Source of the DNA: Candidatus Zixiibacteriota bacterium | Lineage (GTDB): Bacteria; Zixibacteria; MSB-5A5; GN15; JAAZOE01 | Reading direction: 5' to 3' | Length of the DNA: 64,000 nucleotides | Assembly: GCA_043819555.1 (NCBI GenBank) | Contig: JBDREQ010000025.1 | Coordinates: 64,001 to 128,000 of the forward strand | In this document: one piece after another, positions 29,173 to 39,042 of the stretch | Position numbering within the stretch: the stretch's first letter is position 1 | Layout: the number at the start of each line of letters is the position of its first letter | Translations under genes and position numbers: made by a program | The notes under the pieces: generated by a model | The model's input: only the letters and a program-made list of their open reading frames with translations | Database searches by the model: none | Told to the model about the DNA's origin: nothing

Positions 29173-30249
29173 ATGGTAACGTTGAGGGATCTTCTCCAGG
29201 AAATGGTCAAGATGGGGGCCTCCGATTTACATCTTACGGTTGGTATTCCACCCATGGTAAGAGTGGATGGAAATTTAGTACGAATGGAGCACGAGGTTTT
29301 AACCGCTGAAATGACATTGAAGCTGGCTTACAGCATCATGAATGAAAAACAGCGGAAGAAATTTGAAGAAAACAATGAACTGGACTTGTCGTTTGGCCTT
29401 GAGAATTTGAGCCGATTTCGCTGTAATGTATTTCGTCAGCGCGGTAATATTGCCGTCGCATTGCGGCAAATTCCCTTTAAGATAAAAACTTTTGAAGAAC
29501 TGGGATTGCCGAAAGTTGTTTCCGATATGGCCAATTTACCACGTGGCCTGGTTCTTGTTACCGGTCCGACCGGTTCAGGAAAATCGACTACTCTGGCCGC
29601 AATGATTGATAAAATCAATCGCGAGCGGCATGAGCATATTTTAACTGTTGAAGATCCGATTGAGTATTTACACCGACACAATAATTGTCTGGTAAATCAA
29701 AGAGAAGTTTTCAGCGATACGCCGTCATTTGGTTCGGCTCTAAAATACGCGTTGCGTGAGGATCCTGATGTAGTCCTGGTCGGTGAGATGAGAGATTTGG
29801 AAACAATTGAAGCGGCATTAAATATTTCAGAAACCGGCCACCTTGCCTTCGCGACGCTGCATACTAACTCGGCCGCCGAATCGATTAACCGCATCATCGA
29901 TGTATTTCCGACCAATCAGCAGGAGCAGATACGAGTTACCTTATCTTTCACATTGCAGTCGGTTATCGCCCAGCAATTAGTTCCGCGCATGGGCGGCGGA
30001 CGAGTATTGGCGATGGAAGTGATGGTTTGTACACCCGCCATTCGCGCGATAATTAGGGATGATAAGATACATCAAATATATAGTATGATTCAGTCAGGAC
30101 AGAAATACGGGATGCGAACGATGAATATGTCTCTGGGCGAATTATACCGTACTGGAAAAATAACCCTGAATGACGCGACAGGGCGCAGTTCCAATCCGCA
30201 GGAATTGACAGAGCTATTATCGAAACAGCCATCGCCCGCATTTGCATAA
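29173..30249 (+). CDS. pilT: type IV pilus retraction ATPase PilT
   Basis: ASDLHL, GPTGSGKSTT, EDPIE, LREDPD, ETGHL..TLHT, AIRAIIR (AIRNLIRE-type motif). Confidence 0.96.
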   Translation: MVTLRDLLQEMVKMGASDLHLTVGIPPMVRVDGNLVRMEHEVLTAEMTLKLAYSIMNEKQRKKFEENNELDLSFGLENLSRFRCNVFRQRGNIAVALRQIPFKIKTFEELGLPKVVSDMANLPRGLVLVTGPTGSGKSTTLAAMIDKINRERHEHILTVEDPIEYLHRHNNCLVNQREVFSDTPSFGSALKYALREDPDVVLVGEMRDLETIEAALNISETGHLAFATLHTNSAAESINRIIDVFPTNQQEQIRVTLSFTLQSVIAQQLVPRMGGGRVLAMEVMVCTPAIRAIIRDDKIHQIYSMIQSGQKYGMRTMNMSLGELYRTGKITLNDATGRSSNPQELTELLSKQPSPAFA

Positions 30250-30261
30250 GGAGTAAATGGT

Positions 30262-31458
30262 ATGCCGGAATTTGAATATAAAGGTAAGACCCTGGCCGGG
30301 GTTCAAGTCAGCGGTACGTTAAAGGCCAAAAATCAGCAGGATATGGAAAGAATTCTCAGGCAGAATAGGATCCTGGTTTCCAATATTCGCAAAAAACCGA
30401 CTGATATCGCGATTAAATTCGGTACCGGAATAAAAAAGCAGTCCATTTCCCGCTTCACTCGACAATTTGCGACCATGATCGGCGCTGGTCTGCCAATGAT
30501 ACAATGCCTGGAGATTTTGGCTTCTCAGGTTGAATCGGTTGAGCTGCGCAAAGTTCTATACAAAGTCAAGGAATCAGTCCAGGGTGGTACGACTTTGGCC
30601 GACGCGTTGGCCCGCCATCCTAAAGTTTTTGACCAGCTTTATACTAACATGGTTGAGGCCGGCGAGATGGGTGGCGCTCTTGACGTAATTCTTGTTCGGT
30701 TGGCGGTTTATCGTGAAAAAGCCGACGCCCTGGTGCGCAAGGTTCGCGGGGCGATGATGTATCCGATTGTAATCAGCGTCGTGGCTACCGGCGTTACAAT
30801 TGCCATGTTAACTTTCGTAGTGCCTGTGTTTGCCAAAATGTTTGAAGGCCTTGGATCGGAATTGCCCGGACCTACTCTGGTCATTTTGGGAATATCGAAT
30901 TTTCTGGGATCAAAATTCATGTATATCATAGGCGCCATAATCGGTCTAATTGTTAGCTATAGGCTTTACGTCAAAACGCCCAAAGGCCGTTATAATGCCG
31001 ATAAGTTTTTTCTGGCGTTTCCGGTTTTGGGAACGCTTCTCAAGAAATCCGCGATTTCAAGGTTCGCACGTACCCTGGGAACCTTGCTCTCATCGGGTGT
31101 TTCGATTCTGGAAGCCCTTGATATTACCGCTAAAACGGCCGGTAACAGGGTTATTCATGATGCTATCAAAAAATCAGTGATATCCATTGCCGAAGGTGAT
31201 ACAATTACCGCCCCGTTGAAGGAAACCGGTGTTTTCCCTCCGATGGTAACGCAGATGATCTCGGTCGGTGAAAAAACCGGCGGATTGGATGAGATGCTCA
31301 ATAAGATAGCAGATTTTTATGATGAAGAAGTTGATGCCGCGGTAACGGCCCTGACATCGATTATTGAACCGGTGGTTATTGTATTTATGGGTGTGATAAT
31401 TGGTGGTATTTTGATTGCGATGTATTTACCTATGTTTGATATAATAGGAAAAATCTAA
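30262..31458 (+). CDS. pilC: type IV pilus platform protein PilC (GspF family)
   Basis: FTRQFATMIGAG, AGEMGG.LD, AMMYP, VGEKTG.LD.ML.KIADFY, MYLPMF. Confidence 0.96.
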   Translation: MPEFEYKGKTLAGVQVSGTLKAKNQQDMERILRQNRILVSNIRKKPTDIAIKFGTGIKKQSISRFTRQFATMIGAGLPMIQCLEILASQVESVELRKVLYKVKESVQGGTTLADALARHPKVFDQLYTNMVEAGEMGGALDVILVRLAVYREKADALVRKVRGAMMYPIVISVVATGVTIAMLTFVVPVFAKMFEGLGSELPGPTLVILGISNFLGSKFMYIIGAIIGLIVSYRLYVKTPKGRYNADKFFLAFPVLGTLLKKSAISRFARTLGTLLSSGVSILEALDITAKTAGNRVIHDAIKKSVISIAEGDTITAPLKETGVFPPMVTQMISVGEKTGGLDEMLNKIADFYDEEVDAAVTALTSIIEPVVIVFMGVIIGGILIAMYLPMFDIIGKI

Positions 31459-31466
31459 GCGGGTTA

Positions 31467-31495
31467 GGCGGGCCGGCCGGCCCGCCTTTTTTTTG
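31467..31495 (+). terminator. strong intrinsic terminator abutting the pilS start
   Basis: AGGCGGGCCG-GC-CGGCCCGCCT followed by a T-run. Confidence 0.8.
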
Positions 31496-31496
31496 C

Positions 31497-33218
31497 ATGA
31501 GGTTGTCACAGGCATATCCGGGAATAAATGCAGGCTGGTTTGCGCCTCTTCGGCTGATGAATTTTTGCCTTATATTTTGGGGGATTGTCGGCTGGCTCGG
31601 GCTTCCCACGTATACACAAACTTCATTCTATTTATATTGCATTGCCACTCTGGCAGCTTTAATTTCGCTGGTATTTTTGCGCCGCACCGATTTTCGATTA
31701 CTATTTCGAGTATTGATTGCGCTGACTTTTGTCACTGAAATAGTCAATGAGGCTGGCATAGTTTATTCGACAGGGAGTCTTTATTCGCCGTTTTCGATCC
31801 TATTTTTACTGACAATTGTTTCATCGGCCATAGTTTATCGGCTGGCAGGAACACTGTTAATTGCCACCTGCGCCAGTTTTGCTTATGCGTTTGTGGCCTG
31901 GATAAATACAAATCTTCCAGTTCAGGAAAACCTGTTCTCACAGCCATTAGGTGGGAGTTTTCTAAACGCCGATGATGCCCATTTTTATTCGACCTTTTTA
32001 CACATCCTGATTTTCTATCTGATAGCCTTTATTGCCGGGTATCTCGCGGAAAAACTGCAATCCAAGAATATCGAACTCGATTCGGCCTCGGCGGCTCTTA
32101 AAAAAGCCAAACTGGAAACCGGAGATATTCTCTGGCATTTGAACTGCGGATTGGTAACGATTGATCAGAGCGGTGATATCGTGTACTTTAACCGAACCGC
32201 TGAATCAATATTGGGATTGAATGAGGCGGAAGTTTCGGGCAAACCTTGTTTTGATATTTTCGTCAATCAATTGAAACCTATGGCCGAAAATCTGATGGGG
32301 GTTCTGAATTCCGAACAACGATTATCGCGTTCTGAATTTGTTATAAAAAGAGGCGATGGAACGGAGATACCAATTGGATTGTCAACATCGACTCTTTATG
32401 ATGAACAATTTGATACTCGCGGAGTGATTGCCATTTTTCAGGATTTGACGGAAGCGAAAATGTTCGAACGAAGAATCGGGCAGGCGGATAAAATGGCCGC
32501 TATTGGCGAGTTATCGGCATGCATAGCGCATGAGATTAGAAATCCTTTGGCCTCGATTTCAGGTTCAGTAGAGGTTCTCAGAGATTCTATGTATCTTGAG
32601 GGCGATAATGAAAAATTGTTATCGCTAATTATCAAGGAATCAGCCCGGCTGAACAAAATCCTGTCTGATTTTCTTCTGTACGCCCGTATAAATCGCCTGG
32701 AAATGCGAAAGGTAGAAATTCTCGGACTTATATCGGAAGTGATTGAAGTAGCCCGTCGGCATCCATCGTACAATAAAAATATACTTATTCAGCCCATAGC
32801 AAATGAAAATGTTATTTATATTTCAGGGGATGAAGATTATTTAAAGCAGATGCTTATTAATCTTTTGGTAAATGCGTTTGAGGCTATAGGTGATCGCGAT
32901 GGGAGCGTTCAGATTGAATCGGATGCCGGATTGAATGACGGCGAAGTAAAATTGACTATAAGAGATACCGGACCAGGCATTCCCTTTGAGCAACTCGGGA
33001 AAGTTTTTATGCCATTTCATTCAACAAAAAAATCCGGCTCAGGCCTTGGATTATCAATCGTCTCGCGCCTGTCAGACGCAATGGAGGGCCGGGTAGAGGT
33101 TTCATCCGAGCCAGGATTGGGCACAGAGTTTTGCTTATATCTGAAAAAGTTCAATCAAGCGTATCCAAAATTGGAAATGAATAATCAAGTACAGTCATCA
33201 ATTCCACAATTGCCGTAA
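31497..33218 (+). CDS. pilS: PilS-like pilin-sensing histidine kinase
   Basis: About 6 TM (TGSLYSPFSILF), PAS, AHEIRNPLASISG, HATPase; follows pilC. Confidence 0.85.
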   Translation: MRLSQAYPGINAGWFAPLRLMNFCLIFWGIVGWLGLPTYTQTSFYLYCIATLAALISLVFLRRTDFRLLFRVLIALTFVTEIVNEAGIVYSTGSLYSPFSILFLLTIVSSAIVYRLAGTLLIATCASFAYAFVAWINTNLPVQENLFSQPLGGSFLNADDAHFYSTFLHILIFYLIAFIAGYLAEKLQSKNIELDSASAALKKAKLETGDILWHLNCGLVTIDQSGDIVYFNRTAESILGLNEAEVSGKPCFDIFVNQLKPMAENLMGVLNSEQRLSRSEFVIKRGDGTEIPIGLSTSTLYDEQFDTRGVIAIFQDLTEAKMFERRIGQADKMAAIGELSACIAHEIRNPLASISGSVEVLRDSMYLEGDNEKLLSLIIKESARLNKILSDFLLYARINRLEMRKVEILGLISEVIEVARRHPSYNKNILIQPIANENVIYISGDEDYLKQMLINLLVNAFEAIGDRDGSVQIESDAGLNDGEVKLTIRDTGPGIPFEQLGKVFMPFHSTKKSGSGLGLSIVSRLSDAMEGRVEVSSEPGLGTEFCLYLKKFNQAYPKLEMNNQVQSSIPQLP

Positions 33219-33327
33219 GTTCGTCTGAGGCATTCCCAAAAAATGAAAATAAATCTCGAGGAACTTTTGCTTGATTTTTGAGTGTAATATCTTAATTTGA
33301 ACCCTAAATTCAACAGAGGTGACCTTT

Positions 33328-35100
33328 ATGAAAAAAGCAGCGCTAATTTTGGCTTTATGTGTAACAGCCTTAATTATTGTTGGGTGTCAAGGCGGCAAAA
33401 AAGCTGACATATTAAGTGAGAAATTTCCGGTCGACGAATTGCGCCCTTTAGTATTTGCGGAAAGTGATTTTCTTACCATTGATATTGATATGTTGGCTCA
33501 GAAATTCAATGATGATCAGGTGCCCATATCGAAAACAAAAATCGATTCTATTACGGCTTTAGAAACTGTTTATAATATGTACCTGGATTCACTCCTGGCC
33601 GTTGATGCCGCTAATTTTGATTTATCAACAACGCCATTACTGGAAAAACAGTACAAAACAATGTACGATGATTTTCTGGTGCGTTTTTTATATGATTATC
33701 ATATCGTCGCGAATGTCGTCGTTGATGATTCGCTGGTTTATGAAACATACGAGTTGATGAAAGATAAATTTATCAGTCCTGAGAAATACCGCGCCCGCCA
33801 TATCGTTATATCGGGATATAATCTCAAAACGGGTGAGGATTCACTGAAATATAAGGGTAAATCGAATGCCGAACTGGATGCCATTGCAAGGGATTTAGTT
33901 TCAGAATTGAGGCAAAGAGCTCTTAACGGCGAGGGATTTGATACCCTGGCGATAATGTATTCGTATGATGACAGGAGTTCCAAGAGTGGAGGCGATCTTG
34001 GATATTTTGAACTATCCAAAATGGTCGCGCCATTTGATTCCGCGGTTCAGAATACTCCGGTAGATTCAATATCGGGCTTAATAAAAACGAAATATGGATG
34101 GCATGTAATAAAGGTGGAGGATCATTCGGAAGAACATTACACGCCAATCGATTCATTGTATGATGGAATATTAAAATATTTAAAACAACAGCAAGCCGGC
34201 ATTAACGGGCAGGCGTTTTTGGATACTCTTAAAGCCAACGCGAATATTTATTTCGATACGGCCGCAATCGCTCTGGACGACACGCTGCATGAAATGACCG
34301 ACGCTTTAGCCATTGTTAATACGGATGGATCGGCTAATCGCGTTGATACATTGACATACAAGGAATACCGCGCCCAAATAGGTCTCTATCTGAAAAGAAA
34401 TGGTCTGGCATATCCCCCAAGTGTCCCTGAAAAGATTGAAGCCATTCGTGAATTTGCCCTGAAATACGAGATTATTCGTTATGCAATTGAAAATGGTTAC
34501 GCCGATCATCCTGAATTCCGAGAATGGTCGGATGGGACGATACTTAAATACGGGGTGGCTACTCTTAAAAAAGATTTATTGGAGGACGGATACGAACCGA
34601 CTGAGGAGGAACTTTTAGCCTATTATAACGATAATATTGAGAAATACCGGGCCGAAAAACCGTTAAAAGTACAGCATATCATTTTTGCTGATTCAAGTTT
34701 GGCTATCCATGTTCGCGATGTTGCCAATTCTGGCGCAGATTTTATGGAACTGGTCGATCAATACTATCCGGGTGACCCGGAAATCAAACAGGCCGCGGCT
34801 AATCTCGGATATATCGGTGAAAAAGATATGCCCGGCGCTTTCTGGAGGCGGGCTTTATCAACGAAGGTCGGCGAAGTGTCGCGTCCGGTAAAAACAGAAT
34901 ATGGATATCATATTATTAAGGTTTTGGAAAAATCTCCGGACAAGGAATTTGCGGCGGTAAAATCGGGAATTAGAAAAACGATGCAGGATAATTATAAGCA
35001 TGATAAAATCTGGGAATTTGTCGAACGCCGGCTGGGCGGTGCGCCGAAAATTTACTGGGATAGACTTGGTGATTTGTATCGCAAACCGATAGAGCCATAA
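33328..35100 (+). CDS. lipoprotein peptidyl-prolyl isomerase with two parvulin (PpiC) domains
   Basis: Lipobox LIIVGC; ARHIVI, GGDLGYF, TKYGWHVIKV, TEYGYHIIKV. Confidence 0.88.
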   Translation: MKKAALILALCVTALIIVGCQGGKKADILSEKFPVDELRPLVFAESDFLTIDIDMLAQKFNDDQVPISKTKIDSITALETVYNMYLDSLLAVDAANFDLSTTPLLEKQYKTMYDDFLVRFLYDYHIVANVVVDDSLVYETYELMKDKFISPEKYRARHIVISGYNLKTGEDSLKYKGKSNAELDAIARDLVSELRQRALNGEGFDTLAIMYSYDDRSSKSGGDLGYFELSKMVAPFDSAVQNTPVDSISGLIKTKYGWHVIKVEDHSEEHYTPIDSLYDGILKYLKQQQAGINGQAFLDTLKANANIYFDTAAIALDDTLHEMTDALAIVNTDGSANRVDTLTYKEYRAQIGLYLKRNGLAYPPSVPEKIEAIREFALKYEIIRYAIENGYADHPEFREWSDGTILKYGVATLKKDLLEDGYEPTEEELLAYYNDNIEKYRAEKPLKVQHIIFADSSLAIHVRDVANSGADFMELVDQYYPGDPEIKQAAANLGYIGEKDMPGAFWRRALSTKVGEVSRPVKTEYGYHIIKVLEKSPDKEFAAVKSGIRKTMQDNYKHDKIWEFVERRLGGAPKIYWDRLGDLYRKPIEP

Positions 35101-35127
35101 TGCTGTTGAGTTATTGCATTAACATAT

Positions 35128-35760
35128 ATGTATGAGGCAGAGGAAATTTCGCTGGGAGCGGAATTTATCCGCAAGGGTATCCATCTTTTTGCGCTCGTAA
35201 TTCCCGTTGGTTATGCTTTGGTTACTTTTCAGACTGCAGTCTTCTGGGTGAGTCTGTCCGCGGCAGTCGCGATATTTATTGATATCTCGAGATTCAGAGA
35301 TTGGAAAGTCTGGAAATACCTGTCAATAGTATTAATGCCGATTATTCGCGATCACGAGGTCAAGGGAGGCTTTACCGGTGCCAGCTATATTTTAACGACG
35401 GCATTAATCTGTATTATTTTTTTCCCCAAGCCGATCGCCATTGCGGCCCTTGTTTTTATAATAATCGGCGATACCGCCGCCGCTCTGGTCGGGCGCAAGT
35501 ATGGAAAACATAAACTTTGCAGGAAGAAATCGATTGAAGGTTCGCTAGCCTGCCTGGCATCACTGGCGGTGGTTTCATTCTTAATACCGGGATTACCGAC
35601 ACCAATTGGCCTTGTCGGGGCTTTAACCGCAACTTTAGCCGAAGCATTTTGCGGCAGACTGGATGATAATTTGTTTGTTCCGATAAGTTCCGGTTTGGTA
35701 ATGCTTGGAATTATGTATTTACTGGATTATCCTGAAGCGTTTTTTTTCTCGGCCTTTTGA
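35128..35760 (+). CDS. SEC59/DGK1/VTE5 family CTP-dependent polyprenol/diacylglycerol kinase
   Basis: RKGIHL, GDTAAALVGRKYG, KKSIEGS, DDNL.VP. Confidence 0.85.
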   Translation: MYEAEEISLGAEFIRKGIHLFALVIPVGYALVTFQTAVFWVSLSAAVAIFIDISRFRDWKVWKYLSIVLMPIIRDHEVKGGFTGASYILTTALICIIFFPKPIAIAALVFIIIGDTAAALVGRKYGKHKLCRKKSIEGSLACLASLAVVSFLIPGLPTPIGLVGALTATLAEAFCGRLDDNLFVPISSGLVMLGIMYLLDYPEAFFFSAF

Positions 35761-35803
35761 TTATATTGTTTATTTCTGCGAAGATTGATGAAGGATAAGG
35801 GAG

Positions 35804-36859
35804 ATGCTCATGGCTCAAAATGATTTTATTGATTTAAGATCTGATACCGTTACCAGGCCAAGCGCGGAAATGCGGAAGATGATGGCTCAGGCGGTCGTCG
35901 GCGATGATGTTCTGGGAGATGACCCAACCGTCAAGGAGCTTGAGCATAAAGTAATGCGGTTATTGAATAAAGAAGCGGCCGTTTATGTTCCGTCGGGGAC
36001 AATGTCCAATCAAATCGCGCTTTATACCGCCAGCAACCGGGGCGATGAAATCTTATGTGAAGCGGGATGCCATATCGTTAATTATGAAGTCGGCGCACCG
36101 GCCGCGATTTCCGGACTTCTGGTTCATTTATTGCCCGGTGAGCGGGGCATCTTGTCGGCGGAAACGATTGAGCAAAATATTAGACCGATAAATATTCACT
36201 GCCCTCGAACAAAAATAATCGCGCTGGAAAATACTCATAACCGCGCTGGCGGGACAATATACCCCAGAGAAACAATCGCAGAGATTGAACAGGTTGCCCG
36301 AAAGAATAATCTCTGGATGCATCTTGACGGCGCCCGGCTCTGGAATGCTCATGTCGCGACCGGGGTTCCGCTGGCGGATTATGCTTCCCACTTTGATTCC
36401 GTATCGGTGTGCCTGTCAAAAGGTCTTGGGGCTCCGATTGGATCGGTGCTTTCGGGATCGGCGGAATTTATCGAACGGGCAAGGCGAACACGGAAAATGT
36501 TCGGCGGCGGGATGAGGCAGGTCGGGATTATTGCCGCGGCCGGGATTTATGCCCTTGAAAATAATATTTCCCGTTTGGCCAATGATCATATAAACGCCAA
36601 AACTCTCGCGACAGGTATGTCGCAAATCACTGGTCTGACGATTGATATGGAAACGGTGCAGACAAATATCGTTATCGTTGATATTAATCCGAATAAATAT
36701 ACGGCTGAGACATTTATTGAGGCGCTCAAAAAAGAAGGGGTTTTATGCGTACCCTTCGGACCGGCCCGCGTCCGATTTGTCACTCATCTTGACGTCAATG
36801 AAGAAGATTGCAAAAAGGCGGTTACGGCCGTTGCCGGGGTTATGTCCGCTGCCCGATAA
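35804..36859 (+). CDS. ltaE: low-specificity L-threonine aldolase
   Basis: DLRSDTVT, GDDV, SGTMSN, ENTHN, HLDGARL, CLSKGLGAP, GGGMRQ. Confidence 0.95.
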   Translation: MLMAQNDFIDLRSDTVTRPSAEMRKMMAQAVVGDDVLGDDPTVKELEHKVMRLLNKEAAVYVPSGTMSNQIALYTASNRGDEILCEAGCHIVNYEVGAPAAISGLLVHLLPGERGILSAETIEQNIRPINIHCPRTKIIALENTHNRAGGTIYPRETIAEIEQVARKNNLWMHLDGARLWNAHVATGVPLADYASHFDSVSVCLSKGLGAPIGSVLSGSAEFIERARRTRKMFGGGMRQVGIIAAAGIYALENNISRLANDHINAKTLATGMSQITGLTIDMETVQTNIVIVDINPNKYTAETFIEALKKEGVLCVPFGPARVRFVTHLDVNEEDCKKAVTAVAGVMSAAR

Positions 36860-37060
36860 TTTCGAAAAAAAGCCCGAATCCAGATGGATCCGGGCCGGAA
36901 GAAGTCATGAAAAAGGATGGTGTTGTATGCGCAACAATCCTTAGTCAAACCCTCATGTGGAGGGCATTATTTTTTACGACTGAACCTTTAGGATGTTCCA
37001 AAACGAGGAGATGATTTCCGATTTAATTAGACAATTTTTTCAAATGTGAGGGAAAGGGGA

Positions 37061-37834
37061 ATGGTTAAAATTGAGTTCACAATTCTGGGGTCATCGGCAG
37101 GGATGCCGCAGGCCAATCGTGTCAATTCGGGATATATTCTGGATGTTAATGGCGCGCTTTATTTATTTGATTGCGGGGGAGGGGTGTCGTCGGCGTTTCG
37201 GCGAGCGGGGTTTGATCCTCCTGATGTAAAATCAATAGTAATTTCTCATACTCATCCTGACCATATCTCCGATCTACCGCTTTTTATTCAGATGCAATAT
37301 CTGGCTGATAGGAAAGAACCTCTTGATATTTATATTCCGTCCGAAATTCTTCAGCCGATTCAGGATTTTTTTCACGCCCTCTATCTATTTCCTGAAAAAC
37401 TGCCCTTTGAAATTAATTTTCAACCGGTGAATAAGGGTGAGAATATTAATCATGAAAGTATTTCAATTCATCCAATTCTCAATACTCATCTCATTGGACA
37501 TACTGATTTGATAAATGATTTTGGATTAAAAAATAAAATGCAGTGTTTTTCGTATCTGATACACGCCGGCGATAAATCGATTGTTTATTCGGCTGATTTG
37601 GGCTCGGAAAAAGATCTTGGCACTTATCTGACCGATGTTGATTTACTTGTTTTCGAATCGACCCATATTGAGATTGCGAGTTTAATTGATATGGTTATGG
37701 ACTATAACGTCGGCAAAACTGTTTTGACTCACCTCGCCGAAGATTTTGATACCAATAGCGCAGTTGCACAGGCTGAAAAAGCCGGATATAAAAATCTCCT
37801 CATCGCCGAGGATGGGATGAGGGTGGAGGTTTAA
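37061..37834 (+). CDS. ribonuclease Z-like MBL-fold hydrolase
   Basis: LGSSAG.P, FDCGGG, SHTHPDH, YSAD, ESTH, LTH. Confidence 0.85.
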   Translation: MVKIEFTILGSSAGMPQANRVNSGYILDVNGALYLFDCGGGVSSAFRRAGFDPPDVKSIVISHTHPDHISDLPLFIQMQYLADRKEPLDIYIPSEILQPIQDFFHALYLFPEKLPFEINFQPVNKGENINHESISIHPILNTHLIGHTDLINDFGLKNKMQCFSYLIHAGDKSIVYSADLGSEKDLGTYLTDVDLLVFESTHIEIASLIDMVMDYNVGKTVLTHLAEDFDTNSAVAQAEKAGYKNLLIAEDGMRVEV

Positions 37835-38334
37835 GATTCAATAAGACTATATTTAGCCATTAGCTTGTCTACGTACTCCTGAATTTTATTAAAAGCTCCT
37901 TTAATATCTTTCTCGTACTCAATATTAGGAGATTTGATGTTCTTAGATGTTCGATTAATTAGGCCGAGAAACGTATCCTGCAGAGCTTTTGGCATATAAA
38001 TTGAGTTTTCATCGTGGAAATTTCTAATTTCTTCGACAGTACTTTTCATATCTTGTGTTTTGTGCGTATCGCCATTTACAATTATATTGAGTTTTCGTAG
38101 CTTTTCATAAACCCCCTGCAAAGCATTTAGTTGTTTTTCGAGGATTATTTTGCCAACTTCCATTTGCCTTTGTTTTTCATTATCAAAAAGCTGTTTTTTC
38201 AGTATCTCATAATTATTCTGCCAGTCAATTTTATGACGTTTATTAGTAGCTCTAACAGTTAAATATGCGACAATAGCACTTAGAATTGGCGCGAATGCCA
38301 AAGGCGCCCATTTTTCTGCTATTGACAAATCCAT
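37831..38334 (-). CDS. hypothetical protein (N-terminal TM, helical), AT-rich
   Basis: 167-aa ORF with SD; its stop overlaps that of the convergent gene (TTAA). Confidence 0.7.
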   Translation of the reverse strand: MDLSIAEKWAPLAFAPILSAIVAYLTVRATNKRHKIDWQNNYEILKKQLFDNEKQRQMEVGKIILEKQLNALQGVYEKLRKLNIIVNGDTHKTQDMKSTVEEIRNFHDENSIYMPKALQDTFLGLINRTSKNIKSPNIEYEKDIKGAFNKIQEYVDKLMAKYSLIES

Positions 38335-38346
38335 AAGATTCCCCTT

Positions 38347-38568
38347 TCAATATTTCCAGATATAATAAATTATCACGAAAAGCCAGAATATGGTCGCGAC
38401 GTAAATACCGAGCATAAAATTACCTCGGTAAAGTGGTTTCTTTATCATCGCTTTGGGAGTTTTTAGATCAGCGTGGCAATGCGGACAGCGAACGGCGCTG
38501 CTGTTAATAAATTCCTTGCAGAACGGGCAAGTTTTGGTATTGCGGGCATTGTCGGAGTCAAATCCCAT
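38347..38568 (-). CDS. zinc-ribbon membrane microprotein
   Basis: CPFC...CPHC plus C-terminal TM. Confidence 0.8.
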   Translation of the reverse strand: MGFDSDNARNTKTCPFCKEFINSSAVRCPHCHADLKTPKAMIKKPLYRGNFMLGIYVATIFWLFVIIYYIWKY

Positions 38569-38600
38569 ATGTTATCTCCATGCAGAAATAATCTTAATGA

Positions 38601-38924
38601 TTATTCCTTTTGCTCGTCATCGCCTGAGCCCGAAGCGGCAAATCCGATATTTGACGGCTGTTCTTTTCCGTGCATTTTGATATCGCCAAACTGATTCTCA
38701 AATTTTTTGATATTATCCTGCAACGCCCCGAGGAGCATTTTGGCGTGCGAAGGGGTCATAATAATTCGAGAATATACTTTGCCTTTGCGAGTTCCCGGCA
38801 TAATGCGGGCAAAATCGAGAATAATTTCCGATGGCGAATGTGAGATAAGCGCCAGGTTAGCGTAAATTCCTTCAGCTTCCTTATCGCCCAGTTCAATATT
38901 GATTTGCGGTTTTTGCGGTTTCAT
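38601..38924 (-). CDS. DUF3467 family protein
   Basis: EGIYANLA.ISHS.SE.ILDF, SRIIMTP.HAK; start moved to ATG 38924. Confidence 0.88.
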   Translation of the reverse strand: MKPQKPQINIELGDKEAEGIYANLALISHSPSEIILDFARIMPGTRKGKVYSRIIMTPSHAKMLLGALQDNIKKFENQFGDIKMHGKEQPSNIGFAASGSGDDEQKE

Positions 38925-39042
38925 AAGATCTCCTGTTCCCAAGCGGTCATCATGTGAATTTCGAAAAAAGCCAAGCGCCAATTCGCTTGCGGTTTTAATA
39001 AAAGCTAATATATTATCAGGTTAAGTCAACCAAAATCAAGAA

